A DNA stretch of 64,000 nt, taken from the NCBI RefSeq assembly GCF_006345805.1, contig NC_043003.1:77438001-77502000 (forward strand). The letters run 5' to 3'. Under the pieces are notes generated by a model. The model searched no databases. It was given only the letters and a program-made list of their open reading frames with translations, and had not been told where the DNA came from. A program made the position numbers and the translations under genes. Position 1 is the first letter of the stretch, and each line of letters begins with the position of its first letter. This DNA comes from Octopus sinensis (lineage: Eukaryota). Shown piece after piece: positions 50,925 through 64,000 of this stretch.

Positions 50925-53900
50925 GGTATTTGAACTCAGAACATGAAGACGAACGAAATGCCGCTAAGCACTTCACCCGGCATGCTAACGAATTCTGCCG
51001 GCTTGCCCCTTTCAAGACGTTAATATTGCTTCCATTTTTTATTTTGTCAGAGGAAGGAATGCATCGTCCTTGACCCATTACTGAATTCCCGTTATTGGTG
51101 GGAGGAGACAAACAAAACAAAAAAAAAACAATATATATATATATATATATATATATGTATAATGCGACCAAAATTTGGCCCAAATGTTTGCAACAGAGCG
51201 GAATCCATAAACGGCACTCAAGTGCACGTGGGGGTGTTAAAACGATATTAACCACAATCCATATAGTGTTGATTGATGTTACCATTACGTCGTTCTTTCA
51301 CATTATTATCATAATAACAACCAAATTATTAATTATCTTATTTTTCATTTAGTACGTATCAATTTTTGCCACAAAGTATTATCCGTATCGATCTTTGACT
51401 GTCTTGGCCTCTAAATTAACCTACCACAAGCGATTCATTGATTGATTATGTTGATCTATAAAATAAACATCGAAACCGAGCGGAAAGATATCACCACGAA
51501 CAGAAAAATTATTAAAACACTTTACAATTAAAAATCAAGTAGTAACATTAAAAATTCAATTTATATAATTTTTTTTTTAAATGCTTAACATTCTTGAAAA
51601 AATTTTCAATTCTTAAAATCAAATTTTATAAAACTACATAAATGAATAATCAATTCAATTTTCATCTTTTTTAATATTATGTTTATATTTGTTAATATCG
51701 GCAAGTTCCCTTTGTCCGTTGGTTACATAAACTAAACCGCATTTACATGTTTGCGTTTATTCTAAAAGGCCAACATTCGTGGGCGTCACTTAAAATTGGT
51801 AGCAACGATAATTCTCTTTTGTCAGTTAATGAGATTTTTGAGGCTGATGAATATATTTTTAATTGATATTAACGTGTATGAAGCTAATGATATTTAAATT
51901 GAAAACTCCCGTCGATTCGTCCGTTTAAAATATTATTGTTTAAAAGTGAGCTAGGATGTAAGTGTCTTTATCTTTAATCTGTTATAATCTTCTTGTTTCA
52001 GTCATTAGACTGCAGCCATACTGGGGCACTGCCTTGAAGGGTTTAGTCGAACAAATCGACCCCAGGACTTATTTTTTCAAGCCTGGCATATATTCCATCT
52101 TTTTGCTGAACCGCTAAGTTACAGGGACGTAAACAAAACAACTCCAGTTGTCAAGCGGTGGTTTTGGGCACAAACAAAAAGACAGGGTGCGCGCGCGCAA
52201 ACACATATATCTATACGAAGTTCTTTCAGTTTCCACCTGCAAAATCCACATACAAAGCTTTGGTCGGCCCCGGGCTATAGTAGAAGATACCTATCCAAGA
52301 TGCCACGCAGTGGGCTCGAACCTGGAGCCATGTGATTTGAGAAGCAAATTTCTTACACGCCTGTATGTATATATTTTAAGGCCGATATCATGAAGGGTAA
52401 TGCACATGTTCAACCTCTGGGTTTCCCATACTCAAGTAGGGGAAGAAAAAATCCCAATGCATGATTTTAACTTGAGTCTGATGAACTGGCTCAATACTTG
52501 CAGCAAAGAGCTCTGCTAAAAGCTTTCAAGGACGAGGAAATGATGCTATAGCGGTAGAATTTTAAGGTTCATGAAAAAAATGTCGTTTTAGATGTATTTA
52601 TTGTGAAATATTTATTTCTCTAACGTTTTACTTAGTTTAACAGTGAAGGCGCGTGGCTTAGTGGTTAGGGCATTCGGCTCGCGATTGTAAGGTCGTGAGT
52701 TCGATTCCCAGCGACGCGTTGAGTCCTTGAGCAAATCACTTTATTTCACGTTGCTCCAGTCCACTCAGCTGGTAAAAATGAGTTGTACCTGTATTTCAAA
52801 GGGCCGGCCTTGTCACACTTTGTGTCACGCTGAATCTCCCTGAGAACTACGTTATGGGTACGCGTGTCTGTGGATTGCTCAGTCACTTGCACGTTAATTT
52901 CATGAGCAGGCTGTTCTGTTGATCGTATCAACTGGGACCCTCGTCGTCGTAACCGACGGAGTGCTCCTAACTTAGTTTAACATGTTTCTGGGTACTAAAA
53001 CATGTTCTCTCAGACAGCGCTAATGCAAAGCTAAACAAGTGAATGAGTGAAAAACAAAATAGGAATTTTAAAAGAAGTATTTATAAAACTAATTTTTAAA
53101 CATCGAATGGTTTTGAGGTTCCATCTTAGTAAAATAGTAATTAAAGGGGCTCATAGATAAAAATTGGTTGAGAACCATTGTTTTAGATGATATTATCCGA
53201 AAAAAAAAACGAAAGACAGGATGGTCATTAGTGGAACATCTTTGATGATAAGATAGCTCAATCAAGAATGTTCTAGGGTCAACAACAACAAAAGCAATCT
53301 AAATGTAAATCGGTGGCAGATATTGATATTATTTACCACACAAAGTATTGTAAGCATTTTAAAATTGATGTGTTTCAATGGCTTACAATGATGAGTTCAA
53401 ATTGGTAGATTTGATGGTATTATTTGCCTTTCTGCAGGAGAAGGACGGTTGTGCATTAAATGTAGATATCTATCCACGTTAAACTGCAAACGAGAGTTGG
53501 GAAAATGAATGATATGAAAAGCTGCATGACAGGCCATGTAAAAATAGATATCATATATGATATATGATATTTGGTTTTCAAATCAATATGTATATTCCCA
53601 ATTTACTAATGTACAGCAATTTAGAAATAGTGCGGTGATACCATGACTAGAGAAAAGATCGTTTATAAGTCTAAAAGGTATTGATATTTATTTAAGAGCG
53701 GCGATTTGGCGAGTGGCGGACAAAATACCTATTGGTATTTCTTAGGACTCTTTATGTTTTGAGTTGAAATCTTACCGAAACCAACTTTGCCTTTCCTCCT
53801 TCCGAGGTCGATAGAGTAAAGTACCAGTTAAGTACTGAATTCGATATAAATTAGATACAATTATTAATAGTTATCCCAAACATTAGACGTAGGCTTGGCT

Positions 53901-54033
53901 GTGTGGTAAGACACTTGCTTCCCAACCACATGATTTCCTGTCCAAGTTCCACAGGGACGGTGTCTTCTACTATAGCTTCGGGCTGACTAAAGCCTAGTAA
54001 GTGGACTTGGTAGACTGAAAGCAGCCCATTGTA

Positions 54034-54122
<89 letters not shown>

Positions 54123-54147
54123 GTCTGTCTGTCTCACTCTCTCTCTC

Positions 54148-54216
<69 letters not shown>

Positions 54217-54799
54217 ATATATATATATATATATCAAATGAATAATAGCAGACAATGGATAGTTGTCAGCCTATTACAGCTGTTTCTTGCGTAATTTTTA
54301 AATAGAAGAATGAGAACATCCGATCTGGTATTTCCTCTAACCCGGTATTAGGTGAAGTTTATTATACCATCCCGTCTTTCTTTGAACTCTTTAATGTTAA
54401 GTAGTACTCTACTATTATTATCAGGTTCTTTCTCTCCAGGCAAACCTGTCCTAATATTACAAATGCTCACCACTAACCCATATAACATATTCATACCTAC
54501 AGCTACAACCTCTATCTTTCCACTTTACCAGATAAATCAATCGCGCATAACACTTATTAGTTAGAACTTATCATTCAATTGCGATTCCTTCCTGCTACAT
54601 TCTAATCACATTCCCGCAGTGGCGGAGCAATGTAGACTGGATGATGAGAGCGAGCTAATGTACAACACAATCATTTGATCACTATAAACAAACCATTTGT
54701 ACAGGTTGTTCTGCAATTTGTTGCAGGACCGTCTTTCTCGGACTACTTGAAACTACCATCATTATGGTTTTTTTTTACACTCTGCATGTTAGTAGAATA

Positions 54800-55340
54800 T
54801 CACTGAGACAAGTAAACAAGTTTAAGTATCTCGGGATCATATTATCATATTAAGTATCACGACGCAGGAGGCTGAATTGGGTGCTAGACATGAAGGTGTT
54901 GACACAGCTCCCAAAATGGATCTTTTTTTGACAAAAGATCGTTAAAAAAGTCAAACTTGCTACCTTCACTTCAGTTCTCGTGCGTATCCTCATCTATGGT
55001 CATGAATGTTGGTAATGAATGAAAGATTACGGTTGCGACTATACGCGGCCGAAATAGGGTTCCTCCAAAGGACCTCTTGAGTAACGTTACTCGAGAGAGT
55101 GCTTAACTCGGAGATCCGCATTGAGGGGTTGTAGCTCCGATACCGCGGGAATGTGATTAGAATGTAGCAGGAAAGAATCGCAAGATGAATTCTTCAAGCC
55201 AAGCCGACCAACAGGAGATCTAGAGTGGGAACTGAAAACGAGAAGGTTGGATAAGATCCATCGTCTCAGTTAGTCACATTTGGGAATTCAACTGAAAAAT
55301 GTAATGATGGTTGTTTCTGATTGGAGGAGGTGCCTTAGGA
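54800..55340 (+). mobile_element. Degraded RTE LINE 3' coding fragment
   Basis: QVNKFKYLG, RILIYGHECW, AAEIGFLQR, VTLLERVLNSEIR. Confidence 0.75.
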
Positions 55341-55708
55341 CTCTTCACTCATGACCTCTCAGTTGGGGTTGGGGAGAAGATTAGATTATCCATGTGTCCT
55401 TCCTTTTTCAAAACATTAAAATGTAATTTGAAGAAGATTTAGCTGGTATTCCTGGTAGGTCTAGTATATAGATGCTTCATCATTGACTCGGGTTCCCTCG
55501 GTAAAGTATCGGACTTAATGTACTACGATAGTCAGTTGTGTCTTTCTACATTCTGATTGCAAATCTCACCCAAAATCGCTATATTATCAATAATATAGCC
55601 GAGAAATATCTATGTATATTCTTGTGTATGCAACATACACAAGACTTCTGAGAGCTGCACTTAACGTCAAATAGCAGTTCCTTACAATAAATAAGGTTCT
55701 ATATATCC

Positions 55709-55787
<79 letters not shown>

Positions 55788-55788
<1 letters not shown>

Positions 55789-56140
55789 GAGGTGGTATCA
55801 AAAGGTTTACGGACTAGTTATGTTTAACAAAAAATTACTTATTTACCTAAGTTTTTACATAATTTCCTTCGAAATAGTCACCTTGCGCAGCAATACACCA
55901 GTTCCAGCGTTCCGGCCACGTTTGGAATCTGGCCTGAAAGTTGTTTTCCGTAAGAGAGTCGAGGACTTTCTTTGATTCGCTCTGGATCTTGTCATCGGTG
56001 TTAAAACGGTGACCTTTGAGCTACACGTTCATCTTGGGAGAAGAAATGGAAATTCTCAGGTACTAAATCTGGCGAATAGGAATCGATGGAATCGATGACA
56101 TGTTGTTTTTGGCGAGAAACACTCACGACTGAGGAGAACT
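55788..56140 (-). mobile_element. Mariner 3' end
   Basis: TIR-like tgaggtggtatcaaaa next to (TA)n; minus strand FLAKNNMS, PYSPDLVP, LKGHRF, ERWNWCIAAQGDYFEG. Confidence 0.85.
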
Positions 56141-58344
56141 GGGTGAAGAATCCAATTCTCCGCACTCCACAGATCTGGTCGCTTTCACCAAATGTCCTCT
56201 CCCAAACGCTTCAAACCGTCGCAGCAGAATTCTTGACTGTTACAGCAAATATTCTGCTCCATACCACAGATTTGCTTGTCAGTTGCTTGACCTTAACCGC
56301 TTGATCGCGTCCCTTAGTGGCTGACAATATGTGCATCTCTGAGTAATGGGGGAGAACCATAGCCATGTTTTGAGAGGGATTGTTTGGAGTTTGAATAAAT
56401 GTAACAAAAGCAAAGTTTGAAGGAAATATTAGCCATTTTTCATACTTTCTAGGGGTAAGCAAATAGGAAATAACAATTGCTACACAAGGACAAAAATCAT
56501 ATTACAGTGTTTTTATTCTTTATCTCAAAGCCAGCTCTGATCTGGCAGTATATCTACAGTCATAGGTGCTCTAGCAGTGTTTTCAGAGGGCATAGTCACA
56601 CTAAGCAGTTTCCCTGGGGCCCATGCCTTAAGGGTCTAGTGACCCAATTCTGATCTTTATATGCTGTGACTCACTGTCGATAAATAAATGTATGCCCAGT
56701 GCATTGATTTGCCCAAAGGCCTATAATGCTGTTAAGACGGCTCTGCGCTCCAGTTGCGAGAATCCAGCCCTGATTCATACTGTGCTGTACAATTATACTG
56801 TACTTGGTTGCTGTTCTGATAGGGTCGGAGGAGTGCATTTGTACCACAGAACGGATCATTTACAATCGATAAGACTTATGAATTAAAGATGTTCCATTTG
56901 TGACCACTGCGACTTGATTTCAGTCATTACAACTAATACAACTCTGCTCAACTAATCCTTCATGCTTTAAGGCGGTAGAGTAATACTCAAGGGAAATTTG
57001 ACTGCTAGTTGCAGCAAGTCGATAACTCACGTAGGCACAAAACATCCCTAAATGGTCTGGTGGTATACTACACTATAATTCACGTTTGTACCATTAACTT
57101 GCATTATTCAGTATTAATGTTTGTTATAGAAGATTAGTTTGTCCTTGTTATACTATGTAAAGAGGGATTTTTCGAGTGTCCAACTTATAGGTTCGCATTT
57201 AAAAATGAATGATCCACTTTTAATTTTCATGTACATTACCTCAGTCCAAATAAGCTGTCAAAATCAATTACAGAAGTTCTGAGAATGTTACCTGTGTTTA
57301 TTTCGTTACTTACAACAGAAAGGTATCGTACCAAGGAGAGGGTAAAATGTATCACCCACCCACTCTGTTTTCGTGAAATCCAGTGGTAATGGTTTGAATT
57401 TTAGCAGACAGTTACATTCTAAAATGGACAGTAACACAATAGAAGGTTCTCTTTAGCAAAGGTTCTAAGACTGATCGAAAACCAACGTAGGGAATAGTAT
57501 TAAATTTACATTATTATATAACTAGTATTTATTTGAGAGCTCTGTTGGGATAAATGGCAAGGTTCAATGCGATGGGATTTGAGCTCAGAACATCAACGAA
57601 AAAAGATATCACAAAAATCATTTGGCCACGTGCTACTACCAATCCTGCCAATAACGATCTTTCTCTTAAAATTTATATTATTCCGGAGGTTGACACGACG
57701 CCGCACGTTTCAGACGAAGATATGTTTTTTACGGATATTTTAGGGAAAGATATCCGATGAAATCGAGTGACAACACTCGATTTTATTTCATAGATCTTAA
57801 CATGTTGAAAAGTTGAGTCGATCTTGGAAGAATTTGAGCTGAAAACTTTATTAAAGAAAGTATATATTTCTCAAAATCCCTTCTTTTGGTGCGTCTATCG
57901 ATTTTGTTACCTTTCTTAATATAAATGTTAAATATTGAAACTTACAATGGAATCTTGATATTTAATCCATGCTTTTAATGTTTCTATCAATTTCCATTTG
58001 GTTATGAATTTATATTTTGACACATTACTTGACAAGATAATATAGATAAGTTTATCATTCCAAATATAGTACTGGCGATTAATTTAACGAGCTCATGTGA
58101 ACGGAAAGTAAGTCAGCCGACATTTTAATGTTAAACGCAGTTTCTTCACTATCGATTCTAGAAAGATTGCTTGTCTCTCTTCAAAACATAATTAATCGTG
58201 TCATTTAATCGGAAGAGGCGGAAAAGGTACAGCCTCTAACTGTATACATTCCAGCATTTTTCTGTTATCTTCCTAACTTTTGAGTTCAATATCCGCAGCC
58301 TTCCTCTCTTCTGAGTGGATAAAATAAATACCGAACTATATATA

Positions 58345-58650
58345 ATTTAGTTGCGGGAGTGAGTTGAACCGTCTCATTCTAATTATTTGTTAATCATTCC
58401 ACCAATAATACATAATTTGTTTTATGTTCTCGTTTGTCTTGTTATGTCCCCTCTATATAATCAGGCCATTGTGCCTATAATAAAGAAAAAAGCAAGCCAT
58501 GCTACTCCTGACTGATGACGAGCAAGACCCAGAAACATGTCTCTGGATGCAGGGTTAGCTGAATGAGGGTGGTTGTCTCCCCCTTGTAAACACAAGGACA
58601 CAGGAAATGTGTCAAGGCCGACAGGAAGCGTTGATGTAAGTTGCCTCACT
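58345..58650 (+). repeat. Direct repeat of about 61465-61735: Tx1-like 3' tail followed by a hammerhead-bearing unit
   Basis: High identity to 61465-61735 except one indel; AATAAA at 58479-58484 plus A-run. Confidence 0.9.
58506..58547 (+). ncRNA. Degenerate hammerhead (paralogue of 61618-61659)
   Basis: tcctga-CTGATGA-cgagcaagaccca-GAAA-CATG-TC^tctgga; mismatches in helices I and II. Confidence 0.55.
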
Positions 58651-59645
58651 GCAAAACCTGGCCTCGTATAAGAAAGTTTGATCATGGTTGTGTTTAAGCT
58701 ATATTCCTTTTAATGGACATTAAGTCTTAAAATATTTGGATAGCTTTTTTTATTTTACGTGAGTAAACTGAAAGCTATTTGTAGAACCATTACAAAAGTA
58801 GGAGAACGATTTCTTTTTTAAATAACTAGAAACTAGAAGTAGAATTTCTTCTTTTTCAGTCCGTCAAATACAAACTTCATTTCCTTCTTAATTCTGAAAA
58901 AGTGAAATTACAGATAATATACTTATTAGAGTTTATGTTTAGATAGAAATTCTCACTGTAAAGAAATTACTTCTAATATGACATAAGGCCAAACTTGGAT
59001 CAAAAGACAGTAGACTAAATACACCTCAGTTAATGTCTGGTACTTACCTTACTGACCTAAAAAGTATGAAAGATAAAGTCGATCTTGTTTATTGCCTTGC
59101 AGTTTTGAGAAGACGGAACAGTTTCGCATCAAGAGATTGTTGCAGTTCGATCTTAGAAAGTGTCATAACTTAATAATAAGTGCGCCCTTTTAAAGCCTAG
59201 CCAGGCTCATGGGCCCATTTCCCCGGTTTCTATGGTGTATGTATGCACCCAGCTGGAGGGGACGCCAGTCCATCGCAGTGTTACTCATTTTTGCCAGCTG
59301 AGTGGACTGGAGCAACGTAAAATGAAGTGTTTTGCTCAAGAACACAACGCGTCGCCCGGTCCAGGAATCGAAACCGCAATCTTACGATCACGATGCTGAC
59401 ATCCTAACCACTAAGCCACGCGCCTACACATAACTTAATACTGCTAAGAATTTTTATCCGGTTATCGATTCTGCTCTGCTTTGTATAATTAAACTCGAAC
59501 AATTATGAATAAGTTAAGAAATGATCATTGATAAGCGAGAGGTGTTCTTAGGTTATTTAACTTGATTGGTTAGAGAAATTTGAATGTCAATATTTTCTTG
59601 ACTTCTGTATTTTTATTCTTCCTCTGAAGTTTAATCATCCCCCTC

Positions 59646-59689
<44 letters not shown>

Positions 59690-59731
59690 CCTTTCAACTA
59701 TAGGTACAACCAGCTAGCAAGCCATGCTACT

Positions 59732-61602
59732 TCAGATTTTTGTTGTTTTTTGAGAGAAGCTGATCGAAAGTGCGTGCGAAGCCGGCGTTTGTCGGTAAAA
59801 GAAACATTAGAAATGAAGAGCTACGCGGAAGCGACAGCGGAAGACCCGGAAAAAGAGAAATTAAGAAACCTAACACCGAAATCGTTGAATTGGGACCCTG
59901 AATAGATGAAGAGATAAATGAGCAAAGTAGAAAGAGAAGCAACGAATGTCGGAGGAGAAAAAGAAAATGTTAAGGGATTCAACAATAGTATTCAGAACAT
60001 TCTCCAACGAATCCAGGAGGATTGAAATATCACTTGAATTTCACACAGAAGCAATGGTAACGAACTGTATGGATAGAGTGGTTTTCATAAATAGAGGAAG
60101 CCAATACGGCACGGTAAATATTATATTTGAAAATGTGGCGGCGGCAAAGATGAACGACCAAGTGATAGAAGGAAATAGGTGGACTCTCATATCCGACAAA
60201 CCAGGAAAAAGTTGGTGAAAATTATAGTTGGAAGAATCCCACCCATAATAGAGCCCGAATGGGTAATAGTGGGAATCTTCGGAGAGAATTTGAAGAGAGG
60301 AAATACGAAGTTGAACGTACTAACAGTGAGAAAAACACAATGTTTGAATTTTTGGGGTTATGAAATTGAAGCAGTTTGCGCTATAACCTCAGAATACTAT
60401 GAGAAAATACCGGAAACGGTAGAATTACCGACTGGTGAAAAGTTGGATATTGTGCTGCAGGGAAGACTCCCAAAATGCTACTTGTGTGGCATGAGGGGGG
60501 GGGCATATGCGAAGGAAATAACAGTATACGGAAGTAGAGAAAAGGTTGGAAACAACGATGGAAGAAAAAGCAGCCGACGAAGAGAAGAAGGAGAACAATA
60601 ATAGAACAAATATGGTGAAGAGCAGGAAGAGAGAACGTAAAAAGTCACCAACTTTAGAATAAACGAAAAAAAAAGGTAAAGGAATAGCAGAGAATATAAC
60701 ATATCAGAACGGTAACACTGAGAGGAACCAACTATAGAAGAGATATTGAGAGTGATGGAACTGCAAAACGAAGAAGAAATATGGCGAGAAAATCTAGAGT
60801 TGTTTAAGCTCAAAGATAGAGAAGAACAGATGGAAGAGAAGTATTTGAAAAAGTCACCAACTTTAGAAGAAACGGAAAAAGTAGAGGAATGGCAGAGAAT
60901 ATAACATATCAGAACGATAACACTGAGAGGAACCAACTATAGAAGGGATATTGAGAGTGATGGAGCTGCAAAACGAAGAAGAAATGTGGCGAGAAAATCT
61001 AAAGTTGTTTAAGCTCAAAGATAAAGAAGAATAGATGGAAGAGACGTATTTGCAGCCGGGAGAAATTACAGATACACAAACGGAGGAAGATGTGAACGAA
61101 GCGGTAGACTCGAGAAGGAAAACAAGAAAAGAAAGAGAACGAGAGAAAGAAGAAATGTCGTATAAAAACGTAGACGGTAAGTATAATTACGAGTGTAATG
61201 CAACTAATGTTTAACAAAAAATGTGAATCGAACTGCAAATGAACTGAGAATTGAACTTGTGTTATTTGTTTTGTGAAATTGTAAAAGAAAAAAATGTAAT
61301 GCTTGGAAAAAGCGATAAAATAGAAAAGGAAAATAGAAAGACTAATGTGAACAATTAATGATACATTTTATGCGATAATGATAAGAAGACCATCGTGGTT
61401 TCGCCTCACAGTGAGACCCGATGGTATTGAGAATTAATGTGAAAAAGTCACGGTTCGTCTCGCAGCTGGAGTGAGTCGAACCGTCTCATTCTCATTATTT
61501 GTTAATCATTCCACCAATAATACATCATTTGTTTTATGTTCTCGTTTGTCTTGTTATGTCCCCTCTATATAATCAGGCAATTGTGCCTATAATAAAGAGA
61601 AA
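59732..61602 (+). mobile_element. L1/Tx1-like non-LTR element carrying ORF1 only
   Basis: Flanking duplication agcaagccatgctact (59716-59731, 61603-61618); gag-like ORF1 remnant; AATAAA at 61591-61596 plus A-rich end; no endonuclease/RT remnant recognised. Confidence 0.65.
59813..60525 (+). pseudogene. Gag-like ORF1 with decayed CCHC zinc knuckle
   Basis: MKSYAEA start, LRDSTIVFRTF, KIIVGRIPP, KIPETVELPTGEKLDIVLQGRLPKCYLCGMRG then frameshift to HMRRK*. Confidence 0.7.
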
Positions 61603-61617
61603 AGCAAGCCATGCTAC

Positions 61618-61659
61618 TCCAGACTGATGAGGAGCAAGACTCAGAAACATGTCTCTGGA
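61618..61659 (+). ncRNA. Minimal type I hammerhead ribozyme-like motif
   Basis: TCCAGA-CTGATGA-gGAGcaagaCTCa-GAAA-CATG-TC^TCTGGA; perfect 6-bp helix I, palindromic ACATGT, GUC triplet; G.A at 10.1-11.1. Confidence 0.75.
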
Positions 61660-61804
61660 TGGGGGTGGTTATCTCCCCCTTGTAAACCTAAGGACACAGG
61701 AAATGTGTCAAGGCCGACAGGAAGCGTTGATGCTTCCTAGGGCTAAATAGCAGTGGTGTGATTCCCTTTATGGGACTATCACGTTAAGTTGACAGCATAC
61801 AACT

Positions 61805-61890
<86 letters not shown>

Positions 61891-62063
61891 AGGGATGAGT
61901 GAATCTCTTACAGTGGTTGGCTCGAAACGTAAAAGAATTTTCCATTTTTCCGGAGCGTCGAACTAGTTTTCTTGCTATTCCTACACCTGTTATCGTCATT
62001 TATTTCTGTATAAATATCGACTATATATATATATAAAGGCATATATGCCCACATATATATGCT

Positions 62064-62106
<43 letters not shown>

Positions 62107-62359
62107 CACTGATCAATCTCCATCCCCACATTTTCACACCTACACATACACACACGCACACGTCAAGATCACCAACCCTCTTTCACACGCACATACGTAC
62201 TCTCTTACACACATACGCATCTTCGTTTTGAGATCACTACTAGCGTGTTATCTCCCCTACTTCTTAGCTCACCTGTGTGACTCTTCTGTCCGGCATTCGC
62301 CATGATAGATCGGTAGCCACTACACACATTTTTTTCTCTCCTTGTTTCTTTCTGTGTTC

Positions 62360-62395
62360 CTTTCTGTGGAAGAGCGCAGGCTCGAAACGTTTAAG
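62360..62395 (+). ncRNA. Non-canonical hammerhead-like motif in a pLTR-like repeat ending in (TA)n
   Basis: cttt-CTGTGGA-a-GAGC-gcag-GCTC-GAAA-CG-TT-taag; A6 replaced; related 3' half at about 61918-61990. Confidence 0.35.
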
Positions 62396-62482
62396 ACTTT
62401 TTAATTCCTGAGCGTTATATTAATAAATCTGTTTGTTGTCTACACCACCTATCTTCGTCTTTGGTTTTTTTTCTTGAATTAT

Positions 62483-62541
<59 letters not shown>

Positions 62542-63467
62542 GTATGTATACATATGTGTGAATGTACGGAAAAAAATCAGTGTGATTATAATGACTATAA
62601 CGATGAATAGTGGATATTAAATATCAATAATATCAAGAGGAAAGTTATTGAAATTATCTTATTTTAGAAATAATTAATTAATTTTAGGACTAATTAAACG
62701 TTTCTAAGGAAACATTTCAAAATCCTTGTTACTGTTATTTTTGATATTTGATATCGAGCAATGACATTTAATATTCTATCTACATTGCTATCATCTTCCA
62801 GAACAATACGCAGATTTTCTATATACACATTGCTTCAAGCAAGCGATAACATTCTTCTGTTTGTAACAGTTAAAGAATTATTGTAACTATCAGAGAGACA
62901 TCCTAAGGTAGGCTGTCGTATCATCTTCCTTAAACAATTTTATCCCAAACATAATCAGAAATCACTACTTGCTCATGGTTTTGGTACCCCACGCCGGCTT
63001 TAAAAACTCCTCGAATTATATACACTCCTACCATGTCTTTATAATGTATTCCACCTACTCATACAGAAGTTGCATTGCAGTTACCATCAATGGTGTATAC
63101 TGCAACATCATTAACCCTCCGATTAAAGTAACCATTATGCTATAAAGAAAAATGATAATCAACGAACCAGCTTAATTGAATGAGATGCATGCTGTGGCTA
63201 TATTCACCCTATATGAAAATATATATGTATAGGTATATATGATAATGTATGCCTAAATACTTAATGATCTGAGCATCCTGATATTCTACTTTTGTACCAG
63301 TGTATTGTGCACCAGTGCAAGAAATTTACTCATCTCTTATCATGTTGATCTTTTGGATATTAGTATTCAGGCCTACTATTTCTTTTCTCTTCTCAGTTTA
63401 TTCATCATGTTTCGCAGTGATTATTCATCGCGATCAGATCATCTGTGTTGTCAAAATCTCTAATGTA

Positions 63468-64000
63468 TTGGGTTGTCCGGAAAGTTCGTGCCGATTTTTA
63501 AAGGAAAGAAAAAGGTCAATAAATACTTGCCATTACATTTTTAATCAACCAAATATGAACCATTTTGTTGCTCAATGCGTCTCCATCTTTCCTTTAACTT
63601 GCAAATACCCTCTTCCCAGAATTGAGGTGGTTTCATGGCAAAGAATTCATCAAGGTATCTTTTTACGTCATCCAAGGAATTGAAATTTACCATTTACCAT
63701 TAAGACTATTCTGCAGAGACCTGAATAAGTGGAAATCCGAAGGAGCAATATCTGGTGAATATGAAGGGTTGGGTAACACATCCCAGCTGAGCTGCAGCAA
63801 TTTTTGTCTGGTTCCCAAAGAAACGTGCGGTATTGCATTATCATGTTGGAAAACAACACCCTTCCTGTTGGCCAATTCTGAACGTTTCTCTTGAATTGCT
63901 GCTTTTAACTCGTCCAGTTGTGTGCAGTATTTCTCAGAATTGTCTGGTTACTTAAGAGAAGCTCATAGTACAGAATTCCTTTCCAATCCCTCCAGACACA
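63468..64000 (-). mobile_element. Mariner 3' half with catalytic motifs, continues beyond the window
   Basis: TA|TTGGGTTGTCCGGAAAG terminus; VFQHDNAIPH...YSPDIAPSDFHLFRSLQNSL (D34D type). Confidence 0.92.

Noticed and set aside
51840-52500. Isolated CTGATGA heptamers near 51845 and 52478
   Set aside because: No supporting helices; expected by chance.

Overview
AT-rich, repeat-dominated eukaryotic DNA with no confidently identifiable host gene. The SINE families and dense (TA)n, (ATT)n, (CA)n and (GATA)n microsatellites suggest a coleoid cephalopod such as Octopus (inference). Most ORF-track entries are microsatellite or repeat artefacts. Recognisable coding remnants are all transposon-derived: several mariner fragments, a Chapaev3-like DNA transposon with a non-autonomous relative, a 5'-truncated RTE LINE with a PHD-like finger inside its RT region, a Penelope-like GIY-YIG fragment, a Gypsy pol fragment and an L1/Tx1-like ORF1-only element. 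Helitron-like non-autonomous elements and three tRNA-like SINE families are also present. The most notable signal is non-coding: several unrelated short repeats carry minimal type I hammerhead ribozyme folds, most with palindromic helix III, two with a compensatory U3-A8 core. Many sit in fold-back or flip-flop structures embedded in (TA)n tracts. There is also junction evidence for target-specific retrotransposition: a SINE whose tail is followed by GGTA, and a Tx1-like element inserted directly upstream of a hammerhead. All ribozyme and mechanism calls come from manual folding and alignment and are untested.
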